Source of the DNA: Lama glama
Taxonomy: Eukaryota
Length of the DNA stretch: 64,000 nucleotides
Assembly (NCBI GenBank): GCA_028534125.1
Contig: CM052817.1
Span: forward strand, 70,806,001 to 70,870,000
Direction of reading: 5' to 3'
A program made the translations under genes and the position numbers. Below, in pieces: positions 38,920 through 50,639 of the stretch (positions are counted from its first letter, which is position 1; each line of letters opens with the position of its first letter). The notes beneath the pieces are model-generated. The model had not been told where the DNA came from, made no database searches, and saw only the letters and a list, made by a program, of their open reading frames with translations.

Positions 38920-39490
38920 TGAATACTATAATGTGTAAAAATAACTATATGCCACAACCAAGTGGGATTTACTCCAGCTATACAAGACTGGTTCAATATT
39001 CAAAAACCAATTAATGTAGCCCATCACATCAACAGGCTGAGGAAGAACATTCCTATGATCACATCAATAGACGCAGAAAAAGCATCTGACAAAATCCAGC
39101 ATCTATTCATCATAAAAGTCCACAGAAAACTAGGAGGAGAGGAGACCTTCCTCAACTTGAAAATAACATCTACTAAAAAATACTAACATCATATTTAATG
39201 GTGAGAAACTAGAAGCTTTCTCTCTAATACTAGGACAATGCAAGAATGTCCCTTCTTAATACTCCCATTCAACATCATACTGAAAGTCCTAGCTAACGCA
39301 ACAAGAAAAGGATATAAAAAGTATATAGATTTTTCACAGGTGGCAAGTTGTTAATGCAGAAAATCCCAAAGAACTGGGGGAAAAAAGAAACTTCTGGAAC
39401 TAGTAAGCAATTATAGCAAGATTGCAGGATACAAAGTTAACACACAAACACGGTTGCTTTCTTATGTACCAGCGATGAACAATTGGGAGT
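38920..39490 (+). mobile_element. L1 ORF2 reverse-transcriptase fragment (decayed)
   Basis: Peptide QVGFTPAIQDWFNIQKPINVAHHINR...MITSIDAEKASDKIQH matches L1 RT; downstream AGCAAG.TTGCAGGATACAAAGTTAA. Confidence 0.92.
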
Positions 39491-39930
39491 TTGTTCACTA
39501 CCTTCTCTTGGAGTTACACAGTACTTCTGATTCTATCATGACTGATAAATTTGATTTTGTAACACAGAGTAGATACGTTAAGTAAATTCTTACTACTACC
39601 TCCAGACTTTGCTATCTTAGTGCACGTGTTGGGGAGAAGCGGGGGGTGTAAAGGAATTTCTTTATCAGGCAATGATTATTCCAATGTAAAGTATCAAGGA
39701 GCACAGCAAAGCAATGGACTTATATTTGCCATGTAATATAAGAAATACGTAATTCATTATCCTAATGATTGTTACATCATGAATCTCAAATGAGTTAAAG
39801 ATAATCTATGGGAGAAAATGTATTCATCAGCAATATTGTCCAGAAAGCACACTGGATAGCATTTAACTCTAAAACAATCATAAAGTTGATATATCTTAAA
39901 ATAGATTAAAAATTTGCAACAATATGTTTC

Positions 39931-40385
39931 TGTGCTTGGAGACTGCTGGGTTTTCCTCAGCATGCATTCTCTCCTTCTTGATTTAGTATCAGCCCTCCAC
40001 ATTTCAGCCAAGCATGCCTGGCTAAAGACTGCATGTCCCAGACTCTCCTGAAAGTAGACGTGTCCACAGGAATAAGTTTTGGCCAAAGGATTGTGGGTAG
40101 ACTTTGATATGTAGGAATTCTGGTTTGCACACTGCCCCACCTCCCCATATACTGGAATACCGACATGGTAAGGGAAAATAAGAAGAGTCATCATGGACCA
40201 TAAAATGAAAGGCTCCCCATTGAATATAGAAGACAGAGGATCTTGGGTTCCTGATACTGTCAACCTGCCAGACCACCCTGACCACTTACCCTGACTTACA
40301 AGAGAGGATAAAATCTTCTATCTGGATTGTCACTATATTTTTAGATTCTTCGTTGCCTTAGAAAATCTCCTATTCTACCTAATAA
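39931..40385 (+). mobile_element. MaLR solo LTR (old MLT1J/K-like)
   Basis: AAAGACTGCAT.TCCCAG.CTC.CCTG..AGTAG; TAAGTTTTGGCCAA.GGA; GGATCTTGGGTTCCTGA; GAGAGGATAAAA.CTTCTATC. Confidence 0.7.
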
Positions 40386-40939
40386 AGTTCCATCTAACAC
40401 CTTTCTCAAATATACTTCAGGGGCTCTTGACAACATACTTAATTTACCAAACACCTTCTTTTTTCTGAAGAATCCAATTCACTTTCCATAATTTTACATC
40501 ATTTTTCTTCACAGCATCTCTGATGTAATACAGCAACAATGCTTTACATTTGGCTCAACCCCCAGACTCCATGACCAAGGTGTTCATGTCAGGCTGCTTT
40601 CTACCCTGGAAAATAACATCTGGTTCTGTTTCATTACTGCTGTACAAGTTAAATTTCCAGTTTGCAAGAACCAAGAACAAGATTATTTTAACCCATTTTC
40701 CAGACAAATTCATTTTCACTCATAGTCCTTTCAATTTACCAAAAACAGGCATAATATATAAAGTGATTTAATATAGCAGCTTATGGCTTTTCCCTAAAGT
40801 TGTCTTAGGGTACAAAATGGTTAACATCTTTCTACTGTACACAGCTCACCAATAATAAATAGCTTCCTCATGTAATAAAGAGTATTTTAGAGTATTTTCA
40901 TCTATTTGGAAAGCAAAACACTATAAAACATAAACATTC

Positions 40940-41070
40940 TGTGACTGTCTGGTTTCCCTTGGCACCCCACTTCTCTCTCCATAAGAGTGGATAATTACAC
41001 TTGCCACAAACTATTTCATGCTGATGTTATGAAGATAAATGAGATAACCTATATGTGAAAGCATTTTGTG
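40940..41070 (+). mobile_element. MIR fragment
   Basis: TGTTATGAAGATAAATGAGATAAC.TATATGTGAAAGCATTTTGT. Confidence 0.65.
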
Positions 41071-43714
41071 GTCCTAGGAAGAATAAATGCACCTAAATCC
41101 AAGATGGTATAATTCTTCATAATGTTTTCCAGGGACTTTCTGAACAGCTCCAGAGAGGTCATTACCCACAACAAACTTTTGGCACCGAAGGACCACCTTT
41201 CTAAAAAAAAATTTCATCCCCTGCACCTGACAACACTTTTCCATTAACTGGGGGTAAGTCCAGATGCTGTTCTGTTTGGTCATCTCCAGTGCTCTAAAAG
41301 GATCCAGATTTCTCACTTCAATTTCTTGCACCAATGAAATGAACAAAAAGCCTTCTAAATCACAGGGGTTTCAGTTGACAGGTTAACAGTGAGACCCATT
41401 TCAATCAACTTCAAATGCAAAGCAGATTTGGCAAGAACCAGGGAGGGGATAACTGGGAAAAGGAAAGCCTCAGTGGCAGTCTGACAACTCCCTCATGTCT
41501 ACTGTCTGGTGTAATACATCAGCAACCCCTGCGGACCCGTCCAATCAGCTGAACTTGGCCTCAAACTCAACCAAATGGGGTTCTTTTAGTTAAAATTCCT
41601 TAGTTGTGTACAGAAATCTGATTTAGGTATCTAATTTCTGCAGAGAATTTAGAAATAAAATTTATTATTGCAAACAAAAAGCCAGAATTTTACCAATTCA
41701 ATCCATAAATTATAGCCCTTAACCTGAAATCTAACAAACATTAGTGACCCTAGTTAACATCCTGTTTACCCTCACATTGGGGTTCACTAACAGACTTCTT
41801 TGCTTTTCTGTGAAGTGCCAAGTATTTCTGCCTACCCTATACTGTTTTAGGAAGTTGCCAAACAAAGAAATCAGCAATGAGTATGCCAGCTGCCAGTGGA
41901 CCTCACTGTGTGTATATGTGATAAGGCAGAGTCAAGGCCTCCCATATCAGGTCATCAGTTAGCTCTGGGGGCTGGAGAGGGAGGCTTTAACATATTGGCA
42001 GTCTTCCTGGAGCATAGTTGTAGTGATGTAAGGTAATATCAGAGTCTGAGTGAATTGTGAGAGGATCATTCTAGGTCCTCAGTACAGTTCCATTCTCACT
42101 GCTGATGGCTTGTCCCTAAGGCTTCTATCTCTGACAAAATACTTAGGATATAACTCAGGTGCTGAATGTCACTTTTCATTGAAATTTCTCAGAATGCTAC
42201 TTTTCTAGTGCATGGTTTTTCCTTGAGTGAACATTAGTGAAAAAATAGCAGCTTATCTGTTTAGATAATGCAGAAGAAAACAGAAAACAGAAAAAAAAAC
42301 CAAACAGGCTAACTGTTGTTTTGAAATAAGCACTAAACATCGCCCAGTAACTCACGACATTTTCCTAACTTCATTTATGTTGAATTAGTGATTACTAACC
42401 ATATTTGTTATGGTTCATGAAAGGGAACCTTCAGGATGTTGAAAAAGTTAGAAACAAAAGAAAGGGAATATTTAATTGACAATCATTCAAATAGACCTAT
42501 AGAGTTAGTAATGTTTTGCAGATCCATCCTACCCACAAGGCGTTACCAGTAACAGTAGCAGAACTTGCTCTATTAAAGAACAGCTTTCCAACATGACATC
42601 ATGACACCATTTACTAAGACATTCTTAAACTTCTTCCAGAATCACTGAAACACCTTGCCTAGTCTCTCTAAAGCAGGCTCATTTGTAATCACTGCTTTTC
42701 CCAGTGATCATGAACTAGGTGTCTTGCGGCTTAAAAGATCAAAATAGAAAGAGATTATACGTTTGTACCCTTTATGTGTGTACCCTCAGCTAATTAGAGC
42801 ATAACATCCACTAATGTGAAAATCATACACCTGGGAGAGCTAAAGTGTCCCTAACAGCTCTGAAGCGGACCTTTCGTTTACCATGCATCAGTCCGGGAAA
42901 AATCGCTCTGACTGGAGAAATGAGTTCCTCCAGCTCTTCTGCTTCTGAACACAGGTAACTCAGTACACCAAAAATAATAAAATCACTTAGTATACTACGT
43001 TCTTGTGGTCTACATGCATTCATTCAGCAAACATATACAGAGGCATTTCTTCTTAGCAGACACTGTTCCACATCCTGAAGCTACAGCCTCTACCTCACTC
43101 TGCCTAGCAGACCGTGCAGAACCCTGCAGTCAGAATTTTTCCCAAGGGAAAAAAATATTAGTCCAGAGGAAAATTTTACATTTTTAGCTCTCAATCAGGT
43201 AGTTTAAAAACAGGAGTTTTTCTCAAAAGGTAATCAGCATAGTGATTTTAGGTTTTTTTTTAAATCCAATATACTGTTTTATGAAAAGACTATTAATTTT
43301 ACTGAAGACACTACAAAGAATCGTATTACGGAGGAAAGTGATAACTCAAATATTTCTGCTTCTGTTTCGGAGAGAAAGAGGCACACATATATCATGAGTC
43401 TGCATGGCTTTCCTTCATCATACCACATTGGATTTCCTGAGTTCTACACTACAGGCGTGATAAAATCGTCTCACATGGAATTCAAGGTGCCCTGAGCAGG
43501 GTCGTTTCCTTCTCCATCTTCTCTCTTTTCATTTAAGCACACAACACAAACCAGACTATTTTCACACTTTCTACCTCCTGCTCCTAGCACTGACCTGAGA
43601 AAACAGGTAGGACATAACAAGCAGCAGTTAACTGAATGATATATTTTACTATTGCACTATTGATTATACTCAGTGAGTATGCCTTCAATTTTTATGATGA
43701 AGAATGTTAAACAG

Positions 43715-43860
43715 GAAGGAGGGTGTAGCTCAAGTGGTAGACCGCATGCTTAGCATGCACGAGGTCGAGTTCAATCCCCAGTACCTCTATTGAAAAGCCA
43801 CATGAGTAAAGAAACCTACTACCTTCCCCCTGCAAAAAAAAGAAAAGAAAAGAAAAAAAA
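43715..43860 (+). mobile_element. tRNA-Ala(AGC)-derived SINE (camelid Vic-1-like) with A-rich tail and TSD
   Basis: GGAGGGTGTAGCTCAAGTGGTAGACCGCATGCTTAGCATGCACGAGGTCGAGTTCAATCCCCAGTACCTC; A box 43726-43737, B box 43769-43777; TSD AAGAATGTTAAA(C/T)AG at 43700-43714 and 43861-43875. Confidence 0.9.
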
Positions 43861-45734
43861 AAGAATGTTAAATAGAGGCATCTTTTTTTGCAGATCCCCT
43901 TCCTCTAGATATCTGTTGTTAAAGATAGATGACTTATTCATATTTTCAAATAATTTAACAACCTAATTGAGAGTTCTATCCAAGAAAGGATGGCCAGAAA
44001 AACAATGGGTGTCAGTTGCTCCATGCATCTTCAGAATAAGCTCGTATCTGTTTCTGTTTCCAAAAGCAGGTGAAGCTAATCACAAAACAAACTGAATGGT
44101 AGAGACGTTATTATACCGAATAGCCAATAGGAGATTATGCCAGAAAAAATGAGAGGTCCTGATGTGTTCACATTCGACTGGATGACCCAGTGAACTCCTT
44201 CAGTAAGAGTATTTTACTCAATAAAAATAGAGGCAGCATTAAAATGTAAAATAAAGCAGAAAAGATTAACCGATAAGCTCTATTTCTTTCCAGATATGTG
44301 GTGGTAAACTTCAGTGTCTTCGGGGGAAAATATTTCATTTAAAATCCATAAAATAGAATAGAAAGTGTTTATCAGTAATAACATTAATAACTGTCCTTTG
44401 CTTTCTTTCAACAACCTTGATAAATAAAACACAATTATTATCCTTGCAATACAAACTATGAACATTTCTACATAATGTGTCTATCTCACCGAAAAGATTA
44501 TATGATATTTCCACTCTTTACTAATACTAATCTTTCAACAGAAACACTTGCTCTCAAAAATAAGTATTCAAGTACAATATTTGTGCCTTGTTATATATTG
44601 ATTTTACTGTAGTTTAGTGATGAAACAATTTCAGGAAGGAAAGAGAGAGGGAGCAACATAAAGAAGAGAAGCCTCAAAAAAATCACTTTAATAGCTGAAA
44701 GTTCTCTAATAGCATAATCATCAAAACAAATTGCAAGCCACATAATATGATCGTTAGAAAACTCCATTTTATACTGAATAACTATAATATTTTGTACCAA
44801 ATTTTCACAATTTTAATTTTTAAAAAGTGTACAGTCTCTGTCTCTGTTCTTTCCACAAAGGGATCTTCCTTTGCTTAAAATTTAAAAATTCACTTCCATT
44901 CCAAAAGAGCTCATAATATAACCACGTTCGATATACGAGCTGTCTCCATTTGGTTGCTGCTCACCATATGAAACACTGCACAGTGCCATCTACCTGCAAG
45001 ATACTTTAGGTGACAGGTGAGTTGAACCAGCATAGGTAAATAGATAAAACTGCAACATGACATAATTTTGTCTCCCACTGTCTCTTTAGAATTTGTAAAG
45101 TGGGTGAAATTCTTCCCTTGCCCTGGATTAAAACTCAGACAATCATGACCTTTTTGATAACTCTTAGGTAATAAAAATGCCTGTATTTTCCTTAAATTGA
45201 AAAATATCTCAATCTGATACCTAGAAAGTCCGTCACACACTACTATTTAGGCTGCCAGCTTCACTCCATGGCCCAGTGATCCCACCACCCCAGGATACGG
45301 CCTACCACCTGCGGGGGGGTGAGAGGACTTGTCTCTTTCTAGCTCATCTCCTGTCTTACATGACAGCTCCTCATTCTGACCCTTCCAGAATTGGGTGGGA
45401 AATGGATGATCCTAATTATGGAGCGAGAAGAGGTATCGGTGGCACAAACGATCTTATTTAACTGACATCGCACTCTATTAACCTGGAAGATATTTAAAAG
45501 CTTTTACTTTTGCAGGGTGCTTATGTGGATTTTTAGAGACACCTTCATTGCTGGGATCCTGACCTTGCAAAATATATTTCTAATCTGGTTGTTTGCTTTA
45601 CCTCTTTCCAAGCTCCAAGGAATCCAAGGATTCAACAAGAGCTTCTACCTGCTATGGTCTGTTTAGAACCCCAGGCAACCACGTTGAATGATATTTCCTA
45701 TTATTTCACAATGGCATGCAGTCTGACCTGAGGA

Positions 45735-45880
45735 GTACTGTAGTGGAAAGAAAATGGGTTTTCATATCCTAAAGACCTACATTTTGAATTCTAGACTCTT
45801 TATTTCCTGACAGTTTGCCCTTAAAGAGATCAGTTAACCTCTCTGAGCCTCAGTTTCCTTGTCTATAAAATAATACTCAA
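45735..45880 (+). mobile_element. MIR SINE
   Basis: TGTAGTGGAAAGA...TTTGAATTCTAGACTCT...AGTTAACCTCTCTGAGCCTCAGTTTCCTTGTCTATAAAAT. Confidence 0.85.
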
Positions 45881-45963
45881 ATTTTAATGTTCTTAATGAC
45901 AATTTTCATGACTCATAGGGCATTAATAATAGGAAGACCAATCAAGAGAATAAGGAAGAATGG

Positions 45964-46467
45964 TGTTCTGGTTATCTACTGCTGCATAGCAGACTACCTG
46001 TAAACTTAGTGACTTAAAAGAACAATTTATTATTCTGTCTCATGGTTCTGGAGGCTTGGCTGGGTGGTTCTCTTACATGGTTGTAGATGATGGCTGGGAC
46101 TACAGCCATCTGAAGGCTTGACTGGGCTGGACATCCAAGATGGCTCACTCATCCGGCTAACAGCTGGACTGGCAACAGGAGCACTTACACACAGATCCTC
46201 TGCATGGCTTGGCATTCTCACAACATGGAGGCTGAGTTCCAAAAGGGAACATCCCAAGAGCCAGCATTCTAAAAGCCTAGGAAGAGGTTGCACACCTTCA
46301 CAGAACCTCAGAAGTTCCATAACACAACTTCCGCCATGCTCTATTAATCAAGAGATGATCAAAGCCAGCCCAGATTAAGAGGGAAGAGAATTAGATTCCA
46401 TTTCTTGACATGAAGAATGGAATATTATATTGGGAGAGAAGGAATAGTTTTCAGACTATCTGCCACA
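45964..46467 (-). mobile_element. MaLR solo LTR (MLT1G-like)
   Basis: TGTTCTGGTTATCTACTGCTGCATA...CATCTGAAGGCTTGACTGGGCTGGACATCCAAGATGGCTCACTCA...CTGCCACA; near-TSD AATGG/AATAG. Confidence 0.88.
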
Positions 46468-47120
46468 AATAGATAGAGAAGAAAGTGGGAAGTCAAAGAA
46501 GGAGAAAAAAAATGCACTCTAGAGTTCCCTAAAATGAGGTGCATGAACCCAGGCATGTAAGGATAAAATATTATAACTGCTTAATTTTTTAATCTTTTAC
46601 TTTCTTGATTTCTATTTTTTATAAAGGAAACAAAATGTTAGTAGTCTGGTGTACAAATGATCTATGCTCAAAACTTTTCATTAACAGAGAGGGAGGCAAG
46701 GAAGATCTGTCCTCTGCTTCAGGAATGACAGAGTATAAGAATTAGTGACATAGTCTCTACTTAACATTCTTCACCATATGGAGAAGGAAGTAGAAGAAAT
46801 ATTTTTTACAAGTAATTATAGAGATGTATAATAGAAAATATTTTGAAACCACTGACAAAAGGTGGCCTGTTTCTGCCTGGAAATAGTAATGACTTCAAAT
46901 TGACTACAGGGGACTCATGTGTTGGTATGTACCTAAAAAAAAAATACTCAAAAGCTACAGTGGATTTCTAGAATGCTAACTGTCAGATCATGATATCTGT
47001 TGACTCGATTCCATTGTTTTGAGGTGTGATGAACAGATTCCAATCTCGAGTTTACAGAAATGCCCAAGTACCTGTATTTTTACTGAGATAGTGACAGTCT
47101 TCTCTACTCACTATAAGAAA

Positions 47121-47629
47121 TGTGGTGGGTAAATTACAGATAGCTGTCAATTATCTGACACTCCTCCCATCAAGAGGCGAGGACTATGTTCCCTCACCTT
47201 AAATCTGAGTGGGCTCTGTGACTAACTGCCCAATAGAATATAGCACAAGAGACATTGAGCCAGTTTCCAGACCCACGCCTTAATAGGCTGGCAGCTTCTA
47301 TTTCCTGTCTTTTCAAACACTTGCTCTTGGAATCCAGCTGCCATGCTGTTAAACAAGCCCAAACAGCCCAACAAGGAGGCTCATGTGGAAAGGAAATGAG
47401 AACCCTGGTCAACAACTCCAGTTAACCTCCCAGCAACAGTCACTACCAGCTTGCGAGTCATATGAGTGAATCTTCTTTGAAATGGATTCTGAAGCCCCAT
47501 TTGAGCCCTCCCAGTGGACTCCACATGGAATAAAGATAAGCTCAGTCCAAACTGCTGATCTGTAAGCACATTAAATGATTGTTGCTATTTGGGGGGTGGC
47601 TTATTCCACAAAAATAGATAACCAGAACA
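47121..47629 (+). mobile_element. MaLR solo LTR (MLT1F/G-like)
   Basis: TGTGGTGG...ACTCCTCCCATCAAGAGG...AATCTGAGTGGGCTCTGTGACT...CCAGCTGCCATGCTGT...TAGATAACCAGAACA. Confidence 0.88.
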
Positions 47630-49879
47630 ATGTCCTAACTTTAGCTGTCCAAATGGTAAGCTTACTTTAATGCTGCCTTTGTCCCTCAATAAATTAAAGA
47701 CAATGAGTTTCATCTAACATGAGAATCCACCATCTTATTTTATGGCAAGCAACGCAGCAGAACTCTGTTATAACATGGCATTCTATCACATAGACAGGAT
47801 ACTCTGCACGATAATCTTCATCCCTGAAAGTAACCCTACATCACACATGAGAAGCTGATGTCCCACAGTTAAGATGGATTAGCCTCAAGCCATCCTCATT
47901 TGTTTGCCTGGATTCTCTCTGTAATCAATAACACATCTTGGTGAGACTGCTGATCTGTAATTAAAGGGACAGTGTGTGGTCATGAAAGAGAATAAAACTT
48001 CAGATGCAGAGGAACTAAATTTGTTTCCTCAGCCTCATAAATGGTGCACTTTAACCAACCTAATCCCAAGCCAAAAAAAAAAAAAAGGAACAGCAAAATA
48101 TATCAAAAATTTCATAATATTAATTATGCTGTTTCATGTAACAGCATTAAAATGAGATTCCATTGTAGTAAACCAAAAAATTCTACAGGGAATGTATATA
48201 GCATTATTCCCTGACTTTATAATTAATATTTCATATATATAGTCTACAGGAAACTGGGAGTGGCCAGGAAATCAATCTACATTATGTGTAAGACCACTAA
48301 GACTAAGAAAAGTCCTAGATTATCAACTTTGTTAGAAAAACTAATAAACAGTAGTTTTACAATTATTAAAATGTATGCTTTTTATTTTCTAACAACAGAA
48401 CTTTGACAGTCTCAGTTTGGATATCAAAAAAAAAATCTGTAAAACAAGTGACATGTTGGATGAGGGCCAAGTGGGGAAAAAATAGTATCAACCTGAGATA
48501 AAACACGCCACAAAAGGGAAGCAAGGAAGCATCTACCCTTGGCTTCAGTAAAGCTGGAGAGCTTCAGAACTGATGATGTTAGTCTGTCAAAGATGCCAGG
48601 TAGGACCCTTACTAAGCGCTCAGTGAATGCCACGGCTGCCCTTGGATCTTAGCACAGCTAACATTACACTGGTGAGAAAGATCTCGTTGGGTTCCATTCT
48701 GGTTTAATCTGGTTTTCAGACTCGTAACAGATGCATTCCATAATTTTTGTTTTAACATGATATACAAGAAAATCTAAATGTACAATCTGCCTGTGTGTCT
48801 GGAGATTTTTCTCTCAGCTTGATGCATTGCCTTTTGATGAACATTTAGCTCAGCAAATTTTATTTCTGTACACTAAGGAATTTTATAGTTCTAAAAGAGC
48901 TTTTAAATCCTCTGGCAGAGATTCATTTATCTTAGTAAAACAATAGCTGGCAGATATACACAGTCTACAGGAAATCAGGGTAACAACTTGGGTCATTTTT
49001 TTAGGTGAGCTACTCAGCAAATTTTGATTTGTCTTCTATGAAATGAAGATTTGTTTTCTTAAATGAAAGTACATGATTTCTTTTTATTTTATATTCTAAA
49101 AGTCAATAAACAAATCGTCAAATAAAATCTGGTCTCTACCAGCTTTCATATTTCACATCTGGGCTATGCAGCTCACAATATTTTCCACTATAATACTGCT
49201 GTAAAAATAACCCTAAAACATATTAAACTAAGGAAAACAATATAGTTTATCTGGCATCAGCCATTAGCACTCATACTAAAAATTTCCTTACTCCCTATAA
49301 TTTTGATACATGGCCTTTAGTCAATAAGCTATGAATATTTAGGAAATGCCTTTTAAATAACTAATGAAATTACATTCGATTCTTTTGCTTAGAGATCAGC
49401 AGAAAATATGTAAATAAAGTCAGATTTACACTGACTCTTCCCCATATATCAACCAGCTGCTGGTTCTTTGTTATCCAAGAATAATTTCCAGATTATATCA
49501 GGATTTTGAGGGGCAGTGCTCTAACACAGAGTTCCATGAGGGCAGAAATGCCTTTTTCTTGTTCTTGTCCACATTTTGCATCTTCTGCCCCTGGCACACT
49601 GAATACACATAAGACTTATTAGTTGAATGAATACAGCAAGAGACACTCCTCAAAGCCATTTTTCCTACCTTCTAAAATCAAATGTATATTTGACCACTGT
49701 AAGGAATTATTTCTAGGAAGATCTGTTTAATATATTACATGAGTGAGTCAACACATCGGGTTATTGACAACCAGGAACAGGTTGAGATATATTTGTTCAT
49801 CAGAGTAGATAGCTGGCACTGGCCCTGACCATGCTGTCTGGAATGTAGCTCCCACACACGTGCCATGCTTATCTACCCC

Positions 49880-50100
49880 CATATCTCTTGATCCTCTTTC
49901 TATGCTTTACTTATCTTTGTAACAGTTATTATGAAAAATGTTTTATATTTTTAGTGTCTTGATTGTCTGACAACTCCTAATAGAATGTAAGTGCATGAGG
50001 GTAGGGACTTTGTATCATTCTATCCTGTATTCCCAGTGTCTATGACAGTGCCTGACACACAGCGAATTTCGTTTCATTTGTTGGATGGATGGATGGAACA
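49880..50100 (+). mobile_element. L2 3' end
   Basis: TAGAATGTAAGTGCATGAGGGTAGGGACTTTGT...CTGTATTCCCAGTG.CTA..ACAGTGCCTGACACA...ATTTGTTGGATGGATG. Confidence 0.85.
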
Positions 50101-50182
50101 AACATGATTCAAAGAGAACAGAAAATAAACAACTGAACGGGCTTCCATGGAAGAGTGTAGGAAATTAAAGATAATATTTGGA

Positions 50183-50639
50183 TGTTCTGAGTTGAATTGT
50201 GTCCCCCCTAAAAAAGATGTTCAAGCCCTAATCACTGATACCAGTGAATGCAGTCTTATTTGGAAATGGGGTATTTTGCAAATATAATCAAATGAAGATG
50301 AAGTCATACTGGATTAGAGTGAGCTCTAGGCCAACATGATTGTCATCCTCATAAAAGAAGAGAATTTGAGACACTGATACACACAGAGGGAAGTCATCCA
50401 CGTAAAGACAAAGGCATTGATTGGAGTTAGGCTGCCACATGCCAAGGAACATCTGGACCAAAAACTGAAAAAGGCAAGGAAGGATCCCCACCACCACCCA
50501 CAGGCTCCAAAGGGAGCATGACCCTGCCAACATCTTGATTTCTGACTTCCAGCCAAAGAACTGGGAGAGAATAAATTTCTGTTGTTTTAAGCCCATAGTC
50601 TGTGGTGCTTTGTTACAGCAGCCCCAAGAAACTAATACA
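50183..50639 (+). mobile_element. MaLR solo LTR (MLT1C-like)
   Basis: TGTTCTGAGTTGAATTGTGTCCCCC...AGGCAAGGAAGGATCC...GGGAGCATGACCCTGCCAACATCTTGATTTC...AATAAATTTCTGTTGTTTTAAGCC...AAACTAATACA. Confidence 0.92.

Noticed and set aside
38962..39186. Reverse-transcriptase-like ORF as a novel or domesticated RT
   Set aside because: It is an ordinary truncated L1 ORF2 fragment with stops and frameshifts.
39772..40285. 163-aa ORF and overlapping ORFs
   Set aside because: They lie largely antisense within an old MLT1 LTR and show no recognisable domain.
43718..43790. tRNA-Ala(AGC) gene
   Set aside because: The T-stem cannot pair (bases missing before the B box), the acceptor stem is mismatched, and the A-tail plus TSD show a retroposed SINE.
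13975..50639. Same-orientation MLT1C-like LTRs as the ends of one provirus
   Set aside because: They are 36 kb apart, clearly diverged, and I saw no internal MaLR/ERV sequence next to either.
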